Numbered from the stretch's first letter, positions 9,172-20,591 are shown. The stretch is 64,000 bases of DNA from Dehalococcoidia bacterium (GCA_034423035.1 DAOUJF010000010.1:20594-84593), one strand, 5' to 3'. Numbers and translations: made by a program. Notes: a model not told the origin generated them from the sequence alone.

Positions 9172-9591
9172 GTGCTAGGCATCCTGTTCGCTCTGTGCGC
9201 CGCGGTGGGATTTGGGGCCACGGCCTTCTTTGCCAGGCTCAGCGTCCAGCACATGAGGCCTACGAGCGGCGTCATCGTCTCACTCATCGTTGGCGTGATC
9301 TGCACGGCAGGACTCGTGGTGGTGATGGACGGCGCCGAGGCCCTTTCACTCGACTGGATCCAGTTGGCGCTCCTGTTCCTTGCCGGACTTGCCAGCTTCG
9401 TGGGTGGTCGTCTGCTCAACTTCGTCGCCGTTTCCAAGATCGGCGTCGCCCGGTCGAGTCCGGTTGTGGGAGCGTCACCGCTCTTCGCCGTTGCCCTCGC
9501 CATCCTCTTGTTGGGCGAAACACCGAATTTGACGGTCGCCGTTGGCACGATCGCCATCATCACCGGCGTCGTGGTCGTGTTGAGCAAATGA
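9172..9591 (+). CDS. half-size EamA/DMT transporter subunit (single EamA domain)
   Basis: GTG start; 139 aa. Single EamA-like domain ending TIAIITGVVVVLSK. The stop overlaps the next start (ATGA). Confidence 0.7.
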   Translation: MLGILFALCAAVGFGATAFFARLSVQHMRPTSGVIVSLIVGVICTAGLVVVMDGAEALSLDWIQLALLFLAGLASFVGGRLLNFVAVSKIGVARSSPVVGASPLFAVALAILLLGETPNLTVAVGTIAIITGVVVVLSK

Positions 9592-10058
9592 CGAACCGGA
9601 TTGAGAACGGAGAAGGCCGGCGGACCCTTCAGGGCTATTTGGCCTCGGTTGGCTCCGCGGCAGGTTACGGATTCGGGACGTACTTCGCCTATCTGGTGAT
9701 CCGCGACGGCGTGCCGCCCATGACGGCCACCTTCTTCTCACTCGTCTTCGGCCTCCTGCTCATGGCGGTCCTTTTCCCCCGTCCTGCTCTGGTCGATCTG
9801 AAGCTGGCCTCCCTTCGCGGGTGGATGGTAGTATCAATGTCCGGACTGGCCTCGGCATTTGGCGTCACGTCGTTCTACCTTTCTCTCGATCGGGTTTCGG
9901 TCGTGATTGCCTCCCCGTTGGCAGGGGCCAATCCACTCGTGGCAATACTCATGACGCACATCTTCCTGCAACGTTTGGAAAGGGTCTCCTTCAGGACGGT
10001 CATCGGCGCGATATTGGTCGTGGCGGGTGTGGCGCTCGTCACAATCGGAACGGCGTGA
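9588..10058 (+). CDS. half-size EamA/DMT transporter subunit (single EamA domain)
   Basis: ATG 9588 within ORF 9195-10058. 156 aa with a single EamA-like domain. The upstream part of the ORF overlaps the previous gene in another frame and is Arg-rich nonsense. Confidence 0.7.
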   Translation: MTNRIENGEGRRTLQGYLASVGSAAGYGFGTYFAYLVIRDGVPPMTATFFSLVFGLLLMAVLFPRPALVDLKLASLRGWMVVSMSGLASAFGVTSFYLSLDRVSVVIASPLAGANPLVAILMTHIFLQRLERVSFRTVIGAILVVAGVALVTIGTA

Positions 10059-10082
10059 TTCAATCGAAACGGAACTATCGTA

Positions 10083-12317
<2,235 letters not shown>

Positions 12318-12393
12318 GGGCGTTGTGGAATCCAATTCCTTGCGGATAGCACGCTTATTCCTACATCTCAACGATATCCCCCACGACACACCG

Positions 12394-12541
12394 TAACTGG
12401 TCAGACTGCGTGAGAGCGCCCAATACACACAGCCACCGTCATACCCGCGAAAGAACGTCACCCGGTACCACGATACGGGGCGGGTATCCATTAGGTGTAG
12501 GAGATTGTTCGCATCATCAACTATGAACAACTACGACTCAC
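12394..12541 (-). repeat. composite palindromic element, family C, copy 3 (inverted orientation)
   Basis: gagagcgcccaatacacacagccaccgtcatacccgcgaaagaacgtcacccggtaccacgatacggggcgggtatccat.. is near-identical to the reverse complement of 5776-5920. Confidence 0.7.
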
Positions 12542-12640
12542 CCCCAATTTGACACTCCCGTAGCTGGGGTGCTACGCTGAGTCGAGTGTTAGCAGCCGCC
12601 GGAAAGGGCTGCTAACTTTCCGTGAGTGATGGAGGTGTTC

Positions 12641-12952
12641 ATGCCCAGGTACGACTACCGCTGTTCGGATTGCGGGCATGAGTTCGAAATCAAGCAGAGC
12701 TTTTCCGACGAGCCGGTCGCAGCATGTCCACTGTGCGGCGTCGATTCTCGTCGCGTGATCCACTCCGTCCCCGTCGTCTTCAAGGGCAGCGGGTTCTACG
12801 TGAACGACTACGGCAAGGGCGGCGGCTCCAACGGCAGGTCGAAGCCCGAGTCCGACGAGTCGTCCGACTCAGATTCCAAGTCCGACTCGAAGTCGAAGGA
12901 CTCGAAGAAGTCCGAGTCCGCCAAGGACAAGGAACCGGCCTCCACCACCTAA
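12641..12952 (+). CDS. FmdB-family zinc-ribbon protein with Ser/Asp/Lys-rich tail
   Basis: MPRYDYRCSDCGHEFE...CPLCG (CxxC..CxxC). GGAGG upstream of ATG 12641. Confidence 0.8.
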   Translation: MPRYDYRCSDCGHEFEIKQSFSDEPVAACPLCGVDSRRVIHSVPVVFKGSGFYVNDYGKGGGSNGRSKPESDESSDSDSKSDSKSKDSKKSESAKDKEPASTT

Positions 12953-12970
12953 TTCAGGGGCACCATCCCA

Positions 12971-13435
12971 TTGAAGGCGTTGGTCCAGAGAGTCTCCGAA
13001 GCGTCCGTCACCGTCGATGAGGAGACCGTTGGAAGTATCGGCCCCGGTTTCGTCGTCCTAATTGGCGTCTCGCGTGACGACACCGAGCAGGACGCGGACT
13101 ACATCGTCAACAAGGTCGTCAACCTCCGCGTGTTCGCCGACGAGGACGGCAAGTTCAACCTCTCCGCCATGGACGAGGGGGCCGACCTTCTCCTCATCAG
13201 CCAGTTCACCCTGCACGCCGACACCCGCAAGGGCCGCCGTCCGAGCTTCGTCCAGGCGGCAGGGCCCGACCTTGCCGAGTCGCTGTTCGACCAGACCGTC
13301 GGCAAGTTCCGGGAGACCGGACTGCGAGTCGAAACGGGCGTCTTCCAGGCGTACATGATGGTATCGCTCACCAACGACGGCCCCGTGACCATCATGATCG
13401 ACTCCGCCGACAAGGAACGCCCGCGAAGGAGATAG
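12971..13435 (+). CDS. dtd: D-aminoacyl-tRNA deacylase
   Basis: TTG start; MKALVQRVSEASV..GPGFVVLIGV..SQFTL..GRRPSF; 154 aa. Confidence 0.9.
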   Translation: MKALVQRVSEASVTVDEETVGSIGPGFVVLIGVSRDDTEQDADYIVNKVVNLRVFADEDGKFNLSAMDEGADLLLISQFTLHADTRKGRRPSFVQAAGPDLAESLFDQTVGKFRETGLRVETGVFQAYMMVSLTNDGPVTIMIDSADKERPRRR

Positions 13436-13444
13436 TGTCTTTAC

Positions 13445-14320
13445 CTACCCCATATCCAGCAATTCGAGGCTGATGTCGAGCCCCATGACCGAGTGAGTCA
13501 GCGCCCCGACGGATATCCTGTCCACCCCGGTCGCTGCCACCTCTCGAACGTTGTCCAGCGTGATGCCACCGGACGCCTCAGTGAGCGCCCGCCTGTCGAC
13601 GATCCTGACCGCCTCCGCCATCTCGGAAGGGGTCATGTTGTCCAGCATGACGATGTCAGCCCCCGCCGCGACGGCCTCCTCAACCTGCTCCAGCGTCTCA
13701 ACCTCCACCTCGATTTCCCGAGCGTCCGGTGCAGTATCTCGCATCCTCCGCACGACATCGCCGAGCGACAGCTCGTTCAGCCGCCCTGCCGCGATGTGGT
13801 TGTCCTTGATGAGCACCCCGTCCGACAGGTCGCGCCGGTGGTTCGTGCCGCCGCCCACGGAAACGGCGTACTTCTGCAGGTCTCGCAGGCCAGGAGCGGT
13901 CTTCCTCGTGTCGAGTATGACAGCGTTGTAACCGGCGATCTCCCGAACGTACCGATTGGTCTCCGTTGAGATGCCGCTCAGGTGCTGAAGGAAGTTGAGT
14001 GCTACTCGCTCGCCCTTCAGTATCGACGCCACGCTGCCTGAAAGCTCGGCAATTGTACCGCCGTCTTGAGAGGTGAGGGCAGCTCTCAGTTGCGCCCCAT
14101 CGGTGAGAACGGCCTCAAATTGCAGCGAGCCGTCTACGGCGCGGAAGACCGACTCGGCAACCTCGACCCCGGCCAGTACGCCGTCGGCCTTGGCGATGAT
14201 ACGCGCTGTGCCCTGCAGATCGGAAGGGACGAGCGTCCCGGTGGTGATGTCGTCAGCGGCACGGTCTTCGAGCAGGGCACCACGCACAATGCCATCGATC
14301 TCGGCTGGAGAGATGTCCAT
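13445..14320 (-). CDS. nadC: nicotinate-nucleotide pyrophosphorylase (carboxylating)
   Basis: 291 aa; ..ILDTRKTAPGLR..KYAV..GGG.NHR..L.D..LIKDNH..; downstream of nadA. Confidence 0.9.
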   Translation of the reverse strand: MDISPAEIDGIVRGALLEDRAADDITTGTLVPSDLQGTARIIAKADGVLAGVEVAESVFRAVDGSLQFEAVLTDGAQLRAALTSQDGGTIAELSGSVASILKGERVALNFLQHLSGISTETNRYVREIAGYNAVILDTRKTAPGLRDLQKYAVSVGGGTNHRRDLSDGVLIKDNHIAAGRLNELSLGDVVRRMRDTAPDAREIEVEVETLEQVEEAVAAGADIVMLDNMTPSEMAEAVRIVDRRALTEASGGITLDNVREVAATGVDRISVGALTHSVMGLDISLELLDMG

Positions 14321-14357
14321 CGTGGCAGGCTTTCGGGAGGCTACGTCGCGTGCAGAG

Positions 14358-15569
14358 TCAAACGACCTGCAGCATCCGGTCGAGGGCGACCTTCGCGTCG
14401 CGCTTCGTGTCGTCGTCCACGGTGATCTCGTTCACGACCACGCCCTCGTTCAGCCCGTCCAGGATCCAGCAAAGGTACGCCGGGTGTATCCGGTACATGG
14501 TTGAGCAGGGACACACGACCGAGTCGAGGCAGAAGACCTTTTTGTCCGGGTTCTCCTGCGCGATGCGGTTGACGAGGCTGATCTCCGTCCCAACGGCCCA
14601 CGTCGTGCCGCTCGGAGCCTCCTCGATCGTCTTGATGATCGTCTCGGTCGAGCCGTTGAAGTCCGCAGCCTGGACGACCTCCATGTAGCACTCCGGGTGG
14701 ACGATGACGTTCACGTCGGGGTACTGTCGCCGCGCCTCCTCGATCTGCTTCACGGAGAACCGCGTGTGCACCGAGCAGTGCCCCTGCCACAGGACGACCT
14801 TGGCCTTGTCGATGTCCTCCTCGGAGTTGCCTCCGAGTGGCTTGAAGGGGTTCCAGATGATCATCTCATCGACGCCGATGCCGAAGCGCACCGCCGTGTT
14901 CCTGCCGAGGTGCTGGTCGGGAAGGAACAGTATCTTGTCGCCCCTGCCAAGCGCCCACTCGAATGTCGCCGCCGCGTTCGACGAGGTGCATACTATCCCG
15001 CCCTCGCGACCGCACAGGGCCTTGATGGCCGCAGTGGAGTTCATGTACGTGATGGGCACCGTCGTGCTTTTCGGGAGCGCGTCGCTCAGGTCGTCCCAGC
15101 AGTCCAGCACGTCGTCGATGTGCGCCATGTCCGCCATGGAGCAACCCGCCGTCAGGTTGGGCAGGATGACCCGCTGGTGGTCCTGGCTCAGAATGACCGC
15201 CGTCTCGGCCATGAAGTGAACGCCGCAAAAGATGATGCTCTCCGCTTTCCCCTGACTTGCGGCGAACTGCGAGAGCTTGAACGAGTCGCCACGGAAGTCG
15301 GCGAACGTGATGATCTCGTTGCGCTGGTAGTGGTGCCCGAGGATGACCGCCCGCTCGCCGAGACGCGCGCGCGCCTCCCTGATGCGCGCGTCCAGCTCGT
15401 CGGGCTTGGCCTTGAGGTAGGAGATCGGTATCTTCTGCCACCGGACCCCCGCCTCGAACTCTTCTTCGAGCGACTTGGCCTGTAGCTGGTCGTCCGTCTG
15501 GCAAAAGGCGGACTGTTCGATCTCGGTTATCGGTATTGTCGGTGTCTTGGGAGATTCAGCGATTACCAT
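14358..15569 (-). CDS. nadA: quinolinate synthase
   Basis: ORF trimmed to ATG 15569 (GGAGG upstream). GHHYQ, FCGVHFMAET, CSMA, VCPCSTM motifs of NadA. Confidence 0.9.
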   Translation of the reverse strand: MVIAESPKTPTIPITEIEQSAFCQTDDQLQAKSLEEEFEAGVRWQKIPISYLKAKPDELDARIREARARLGERAVILGHHYQRNEIITFADFRGDSFKLSQFAASQGKAESIIFCGVHFMAETAVILSQDHQRVILPNLTAGCSMADMAHIDDVLDCWDDLSDALPKSTTVPITYMNSTAAIKALCGREGGIVCTSSNAAATFEWALGRGDKILFLPDQHLGRNTAVRFGIGVDEMIIWNPFKPLGGNSEEDIDKAKVVLWQGHCSVHTRFSVKQIEEARRQYPDVNVIVHPECYMEVVQAADFNGSTETIIKTIEEAPSGTTWAVGTEISLVNRIAQENPDKKVFCLDSVVCPCSTMYRIHPAYLCWILDGLNEGVVVNEITVDDDTKRDAKVALDRMLQVV

Positions 15570-15586
15570 GTTGGGCCTCCATTCAC

Positions 15587-16867
15587 CTACGCGGCGAGGG
15601 CGATTCGCCCTCCGAGTGACCATGGCCCGGCGCGCTCGATGCGTACCGGCACCGTGTGGCCAACCGCGTCTTCACCTCCCTCTACGTAAACCAGTTTATC
15701 GCTTCTGCTGCGTCCTTGTACCTGTTCGCGCTTGGTCCCCTCGACCAGCACCTCAATCGTCTGATCCATCAGCTTGGAGTTGATCTCGGCCTGGATGGAC
15801 GCCTGGAGCTCGTCGATTGCGGTCAACCGACGCTTCTTCTCGTCCTGTGGCACGTCGTCCTCGTACTTTCGGGACGCGAAGGTGTTATCTCTCGTGGAAT
15901 ACATCGCGGAGTGCACCTTGTCGAATCGCACGTCGCGCACCAATTCCAAAGTCCTGTTGAACTGCTCGTCCGTCTCGCCGCAGAATCCCACGATAAGGTC
16001 GGTCGACATCGACACGTTCGGTATGCGATCACGAATCTTGTCGACGAGCCTGCGATAGTCGTCGTTCGTGTACTCCCTCTTCATCCTTGAGAGCACCTCG
16101 TCGTCTCCCGCCTGGAAGGGCAGGTTGATGTGCTCGCAGACCTTTGGCAGCTCGGCTACCGTGTCGATGATATGGTCGCTCATGTCGTTCGGATGCGACG
16201 TGAGGAAGCGTATGCGCTCGACTCCGTCGATGGGGTGCACCGCCTTCAGGAGATGACCCAGGTCCACCTCTCCATCGAGATCATGACCATACGAGTCTAC
16301 GTTCTGTCCCAGCAGCGTGACCTCGCGAACGCCCCTCGCTGCAAGCAATTCCACCTCTCGAACGATGTCCGGAATCGTCCTGCTGACCTCTCGTCCCCTT
16401 CGGTACGGAATGATGCAGAACGTGCAAAACTTGTCGCAGCCGTGAATGATCGGCACGTACGCCGTCACGTTCGGCCTCGCGGTGAGAGGCCCGACGCAGC
16501 CCTCCGGGTCGATGCCCATGCGGTCGCCGAGCAGGTCGATCAGCGGCGTGAACTGCTGTGGCCGCATGAATACGTCCACCTGCGGGAAGCGCTGTTCGAG
16601 CGTGTCCGTCTTCGGCCCGACCATGCAGCCCATGAGCGCGACGACCTTCTCTTCGTCCTGCCGCTTCACCGGCTTGAGGTGACCGAGCATCCCGACCACC
16701 TTGTCCTCTGCGCTCTGGCGGACGACGCAGCTATTGAGCACCACCACGTCCGCCTCCTTGGCAGAAGCGGCCTTGCCGAGCCCCATCTGCTCAAGGGCGC
16801 TTTCGAGGCGCTCGGAATCGGCCACGTTCATCTGGCAGCCGATTGTCCATATGTAATAGTCTTCCAT
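15587..16867 (-). CDS. miaB: tRNA-i6A37 methylthiotransferase (MiaB family radical SAM)
   Basis: YIWTIGCQMNVADSE (UPF0004 domain), GCDKFCTFCIIP radical-SAM cysteine triad, C-terminal TRAM. Confidence 0.9.
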   Translation of the reverse strand: MEDYYIWTIGCQMNVADSERLESALEQMGLGKAASAKEADVVVLNSCVVRQSAEDKVVGMLGHLKPVKRQDEEKVVALMGCMVGPKTDTLEQRFPQVDVFMRPQQFTPLIDLLGDRMGIDPEGCVGPLTARPNVTAYVPIIHGCDKFCTFCIIPYRRGREVSRTIPDIVREVELLAARGVREVTLLGQNVDSYGHDLDGEVDLGHLLKAVHPIDGVERIRFLTSHPNDMSDHIIDTVAELPKVCEHINLPFQAGDDEVLSRMKREYTNDDYRRLVDKIRDRIPNVSMSTDLIVGFCGETDEQFNRTLELVRDVRFDKVHSAMYSTRDNTFASRKYEDDVPQDEKKRRLTAIDELQASIQAEINSKLMDQTIEVLVEGTKREQVQGRSRSDKLVYVEGGEDAVGHTVPVRIERAGPWSLGGRIALAA

Positions 16868-16894
16868 GTCCGCGTTTGTGGGGGCTTTAGGAAA

Positions 16895-16986
16895 TGGCGG
16901 AGGGAGTGGGATTCGAACCCACGAGAGGGATTTCTCCCCCTAAGCGCTTAGCAGGCGCCCGCACTAGGCCACTATGCGATCCCTCC
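16895..16986 (-). tRNA. tRNA-Ser (anticodon GCU)
   Basis: Hand-folded cloverleaf: acceptor GGAGGGA/TCCCTCC, anticodon loop CTGCTAA, long variable arm, T-arm GTGGGTTCGAATCCCAC, encoded CCA. Confidence 0.9.
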
Positions 16987-17000
16987 GTCAGTGAACTTCC

Positions 17001-17029
17001 AATATAGCAGAGACGCGTATTCGCGGCAA
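17001..17029 (-). promoter_or_regulatory. promoter TTGCCG-N17-TATATT for tRNA-Ser
   Basis: Minus strand reads ttgccg cgaatacgcgtctctgc tatatt. It ends 14 nt before the mature tRNA 5' end. Confidence 0.45.
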
Positions 17030-17084
17030 TGAGAACCACGGTCGGGTTCCCGTTGCTTGCGGGACTCAGATACCTGACGCAACT

Positions 17085-17615
17085 CTAGCTTTCATCGTTG
17101 AATAATTGGGCTTGCTGCGGATCCCGCTGTCGCTGTCTGCGGCGAGTGGGTCTAATCCCCTTCGCTTTCCAGTAATCTAGGTATTCGTCAAAGTGAGGAC
17201 GAGATGTATCGTGAATAGTCTGTGAGTACTCTTGGGGCGTGTACAACTTACAAGGGTTGCGAATGTCAGATATGACTGCTACGCCATCCCCCTTAGTGAG
17301 AAACGGTTGCCACTCTGGGTAGTGGAATAGAAGTCTGCCCAATGCCTTCATGAGTGGCTGTTCTGGGCCGTTTCGAATCTGAATAACCTTCCCGCCACGC
17401 AGAATCAACTCTGCCGCTACCCTCGCGCCGCTTTGCCCACGCAATAGGTCAAAGGTAAAGAATACCCGCCCCAAATCTCGAGAGTGGATGATGAGCCGAG
17501 AGTCGTCGGCCTCGTCTTCCATTCCTTCCTCAAACGCCGTTCTAACATCCCAGTCCAGCTTTCTAAGCAACTCAACCAGTGGTTGTGGGAATTGCGCATC
17601 GGCCAGGAACTTCAC
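17085..17615 (-). CDS. DUF5615 (PIN-like / Mut7-C-like) putative toxin with C-terminal extension
   Basis: MKFLADAQFPQPLVELLRKLDWDV...RVFFTFDLLRG matches the DUF5615 pattern. GTG start overlaps the antitoxin stop (GTGA). By eye lower GC than the flanks. Confidence 0.65.
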   Translation of the reverse strand: MKFLADAQFPQPLVELLRKLDWDVRTAFEEGMEDEADDSRLIIHSRDLGRVFFTFDLLRGQSGARVAAELILRGGKVIQIRNGPEQPLMKALGRLLFHYPEWQPFLTKGDGVAVISDIRNPCKLYTPQEYSQTIHDTSRPHFDEYLDYWKAKGIRPTRRRQRQRDPQQAQLFNDES

Positions 17616-18322
17616 GCTGCAATGCTCTCGTTGTCCAAGAACTGCTCAAACCTGTTCGCTCCGACAATTTGTGCGCGTGACAGATGCGGATAGTACTCAC
17701 CAATACGTCTATAGGTCCGGCCGGTTTGGTGCAAGCTATAGATAGTTGCCGTCTGGATCGTGGTCTTACGGACCACAGGAAGACCGTTTCTTATCCTTGG
17801 ATCGACCTCGACATGCCGCGCAAATTCGCCAGGCACAAGTAACGCATCGGCCCGTTGCTTAAGTAACGCAAACTCAGGCCCGAGTAATACTTGGGCGACC
17901 TTCTGTCCTTTCCTGTTGGCCGACGTTACTTCCCAAGTATCCTTGTGAGCGACCCAAATGTCGCGGCCATCCGAAAAAATTCTAGCCTCCTCCCAGTTTG
18001 GGCCAGGAGGGCCGAACACGTCTCTCAAATGGTCGACGGCGTGCACGACGGCTCGCATTGGAAAATCCTGTGTTCTCAACAGTCTAACTAGGCGAAGGTA
18101 CACTAAGCCCTCGAAGGAATACCCTTCGACTTCCTTGTCATCTTCATCAATCCATTTGGAAGTTGGGACAACAATTCCTTTCTTACTCCACTGGGACACC
18201 GTAGCCAGTGGCACCCGCGCAAGCCTTGCAGCCTCCCTACGGGAGTAGAATCCCTGTGGCATGTACCATGAGGCTCCTTCCTGCCCCTGCAAAGGCAACT
18301 GGATAACAGTGCTATGAGTCAT
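17612..18322 (-). CDS. DUF433 putative antitoxin with N-terminal MerR/VapB45-like HTH
   Basis: C-terminus VEVDPRIRNGLPVVRKTTIQTATIYSL..YPHLSRAQI is DUF433-like. N-terminus YSRREAARLARVPLATVSQWSKKGIV is HTH-like. Confidence 0.7.
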   Translation of the reverse strand: MTHSTVIQLPLQGQEGASWYMPQGFYSRREAARLARVPLATVSQWSKKGIVVPTSKWIDEDDKEVEGYSFEGLVYLRLVRLLRTQDFPMRAVVHAVDHLRDVFGPPGPNWEEARIFSDGRDIWVAHKDTWEVTSANRKGQKVAQVLLGPEFALLKQRADALLVPGEFARHVEVDPRIRNGLPVVRKTTIQTATIYSLHQTGRTYRRIGEYYPHLSRAQIVGANRFEQFLDNESIAA

Positions 18323-18486
18323 GACACACTAACCTCCACCGTGCCAGAATCAGGTAAACTCAACCTGGAGCTAAACATGAAGGCAGGATCCGCCTTAGGT
18401 AGTGTCAGATGCCCAAAAGGCACCGCGATACTAGCATATTCCATCTACCTAATTCCCGAAAGCAAACGGTAGGTAGTGAGAGTCAC

Positions 18487-18927
18487 CTAAACCCTAGCCC
18501 CCTCCCGCATCGCCACATCCTCCGGGCTCTCCACCCACACCTCGCCGCCTTTGAAATATTCCTTCTTCCAGATCGGCACCACCTGCTTGAGGCGGTCGAC
18601 GGAGTACTGAGCGGCCTCGAACGCGTATCCCCGGTGCTGTGACGAGACGGCCACGACGAGGCTTATGTCCGATATCTCCAGCCGCCCCAGGCGGTGCGAG
18701 ATCGCCACGCCCGTCAGGGGCCACTTCTCCATCATCTCCGCTGCGACTTCCGCCAGCTTCTTCTCGGCCATAGGCTCGTACGCCTCGTATTCGAGATACA
18801 GGACATCACGGTCGGCGGTCGAGTCCCGCGTCGTGCCGAGGAACGTGATCACCGCCCCGGCCGTATTAGAGCGCACCCGGTCGGTGATAGCCTCCGGGTC
18901 GAGAGCGTCATACGTGATCTCAATCAT
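18487..18927 (-). CDS. moaE: molybdopterin synthase catalytic subunit
   Basis: 146 aa; ..GAVITFLGTTRD..YEAY..MA...L..I.., WKKE motif. Overlaps the moaD 3' end by 8 nt. Confidence 0.85.
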   Translation of the reverse strand: MIEITYDALDPEAITDRVRSNTAGAVITFLGTTRDSTADRDVLYLEYEAYEPMAEKKLAEVAAEMMEKWPLTGVAISHRLGRLEISDISLVVAVSSQHRGYAFEAAQYSVDRLKQVVPIWKKEYFKGGEVWVESPEDVAMREGARV

Positions 18928-19195
18928 CGTTGCCTCCGCTGACCGGTGGGATCAGCGCGACCTCATCACCGTCGGCAAGCTCGAAACTGTGGTCCTGGTA
19001 CTCCTCGTTGACGGCGACCACCAGCGCCGACGCGCCTCCCACGATGCCGGGATACCGGTCGACGACCCAGCGGGCCACCGACCCGGCAGTCGCCCCCTCG
19101 GGCATCGTGAGTTCGAGCACGCTCTGCCCGACTCGCTCACGATAGCTGGCAAACAGCCTCAGCGTAATGTTCAGGACAAGACTCCTCGGCGGCAA
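18920..19195 (-). CDS. moaD: molybdopterin synthase sulfur carrier subunit (ThiS/MoaD fold) with 3-residue extension after GG
   Basis: ITLRLFASYRE...GDEVALIPPVSGG followed by NDD-stop. TTG start at 19195 is uncertain. Confidence 0.75.
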   Translation of the reverse strand: MPPRSLVLNITLRLFASYRERVGQSVLELTMPEGATAGSVARWVVDRYPGIVGGASALVVAVNEEYQDHSFELADGDEVALIPPVSGGNDD

Positions 19196-19350
19196 CTGTG
19201 ACCTGAATTATATCAAAGGGGAGTTAGACGCCGCGTGTCAACGAGGACTGTCGCTTCCATAGGTCTCTCTGCTCAATACGAAACCCGCACTTGTCGTTAT
19301 ATTCCCCTATACTGTCCCGCAAACCACCGCCACTCTCTCCAGGACACCCC

Positions 19351-20466
19351 ATGCACCCTCATTGGCCCACAATCGAGTACCGCGACGAGACGATGCGCGA
19401 GGGGATGCAGATCGAGTCCGCCAGCATCTCGGTCGACGACAAGGTGCGTCTGCTGAACTTACTCGGCGAGACCGGACTGCCGCGAATCGTCGTTGGCTCG
19501 TTCGTCAGCCCTCGATATACGCCCCAGATGGCCAAGATCGAGGAGGTCCTGCAACGGTTCACGCCGAACCCCAATGTCATCTACACCGCCCTCCTGGTGA
19601 ACCAAAAGTCCTACGAACGCGCCCGTCAGTTCGTGCCACCCCTGACCATCGAGGACGACCGACCCTTCCTGAACGCCCACCTCTGCGACGTGTTCACGCG
19701 CCGCAACTTCAACCGGTCGCAGGAGGAGGAGTTCGCAAGCTGGCCCGCGATCGTCGAGGGCGCCCGACATCGTGGCGTCACCGAGGCCGAGATTCGAGTC
19801 GCGGCTGCATGGGGCTCCAACTTCGTCGGCGAGTTCTCGCTGGCTCAGCGCATGGACATCCTTGAACGCGCTCACAGCACATGGGGCGAGGCCGGAATCA
19901 CCGTCACGAGCGTTGGCTTTCTCGATCCGATGGCGTGGTGCTTGCCCCATAACGTCGAGGAGCAGATACTGGCCGTCAAGGACCGCTGGCCACGCATTCG
20001 CCGGTTCTACTTCCACCTGCACAACGCGCGCGGAATGGCGCTGGTTTCCGCCTACGCCGCCATGCGAACCCTTGGGCCTGAGGACACACTCGTCCTCGAC
20101 GGCACCATAGGCGGGATAGGCGGATGCCCATACTGCGGCACAGGACGCGCGACCGGAATGATGGCCACCGAGGACCTGTTCCACATGCTGGAGGGCATGG
20201 GCATCGCAACGGGCGTCGATGTGGACAAGCTCATCGACTGCGCGTGGCTGCTGGAGGAGATCATCGGCCGTCCCACTTTCGGCTCAGTTTCCAAGGCAGG
20301 GCCCCGACCGATGTCCCCCGAAACATGGTTCGACCCCGACATGCCGTTCGTCGAGACGCTAGACCAGGCCAGGCACTTCAAGCTGGGTGCCGAGTCCTAC
20401 GAGGGCGGCATCTACCCCTGGCGCGAGCCGATCCGCAGCCCTCAGCGCCCCGACACGATGCGGTAG
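19351..20466 (+). CDS. HMG-CoA lyase-like DRE-TIM metallolyase
   Basis: ATG 19351; IEYRDETMREGMQIES..VGSFVSP, HLHNARGMAL. Longer C-terminus than canonical HMG-CoA lyase. Confidence 0.75.
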   Translation: MHPHWPTIEYRDETMREGMQIESASISVDDKVRLLNLLGETGLPRIVVGSFVSPRYTPQMAKIEEVLQRFTPNPNVIYTALLVNQKSYERARQFVPPLTIEDDRPFLNAHLCDVFTRRNFNRSQEEEFASWPAIVEGARHRGVTEAEIRVAAAWGSNFVGEFSLAQRMDILERAHSTWGEAGITVTSVGFLDPMAWCLPHNVEEQILAVKDRWPRIRRFYFHLHNARGMALVSAYAAMRTLGPEDTLVLDGTIGGIGGCPYCGTGRATGMMATEDLFHMLEGMGIATGVDVDKLIDCAWLLEEIIGRPTFGSVSKAGPRPMSPETWFDPDMPFVETLDQARHFKLGAESYEGGIYPWREPIRSPQRPDTMR

Positions 20467-20566
20467 GGCGATACGCTGGGGTAACTCCGTTCACCCTGAG
20501 CAGCGTTATGCCCCGCGCGGGGCCGTGCAGGGGTGTCAGTAACTGCCGTGCAACCACGAGAAAGTA

Positions 20567-20591
20567 CGTTCGGCCTGAGCCTGTCGAAGGC
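20567..20591 (+). repeat. REP-like element, family B (CGTTCGSCCTGAGCCTGTCGAAGG)
   Basis: cgttcggcctgagcctgtcgaaggc. Confidence 0.7.

Noticed and set aside
9195-9587. N-terminal 131 codons of ORF 9195-10058
   Set aside because: Overlaps the first EamA half-gene in another frame and translates to Arg/Gly-rich nonsense. The real gene starts at ATG 9588, coupled to the upstream stop.
12588-12616. 10-bp perfect stem-loop GTTAGCAGCC-gccggaaag-GGCTGCTAAC in the 5' region of the FmdB-like gene
   Set aside because: A real hairpin, but it has no U-tract, no recognisable riboswitch core and no second copy. It is not interpretable without comparative data.
16987-18486. Integrated prophage or integrative element at tRNA-Ser
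   Set aside because: No integrase, and no duplicated tRNA 3' segment. The islet lies on the 5' side of the tRNA and contains only the TA pair. It is treated as a small low-GC islet only.
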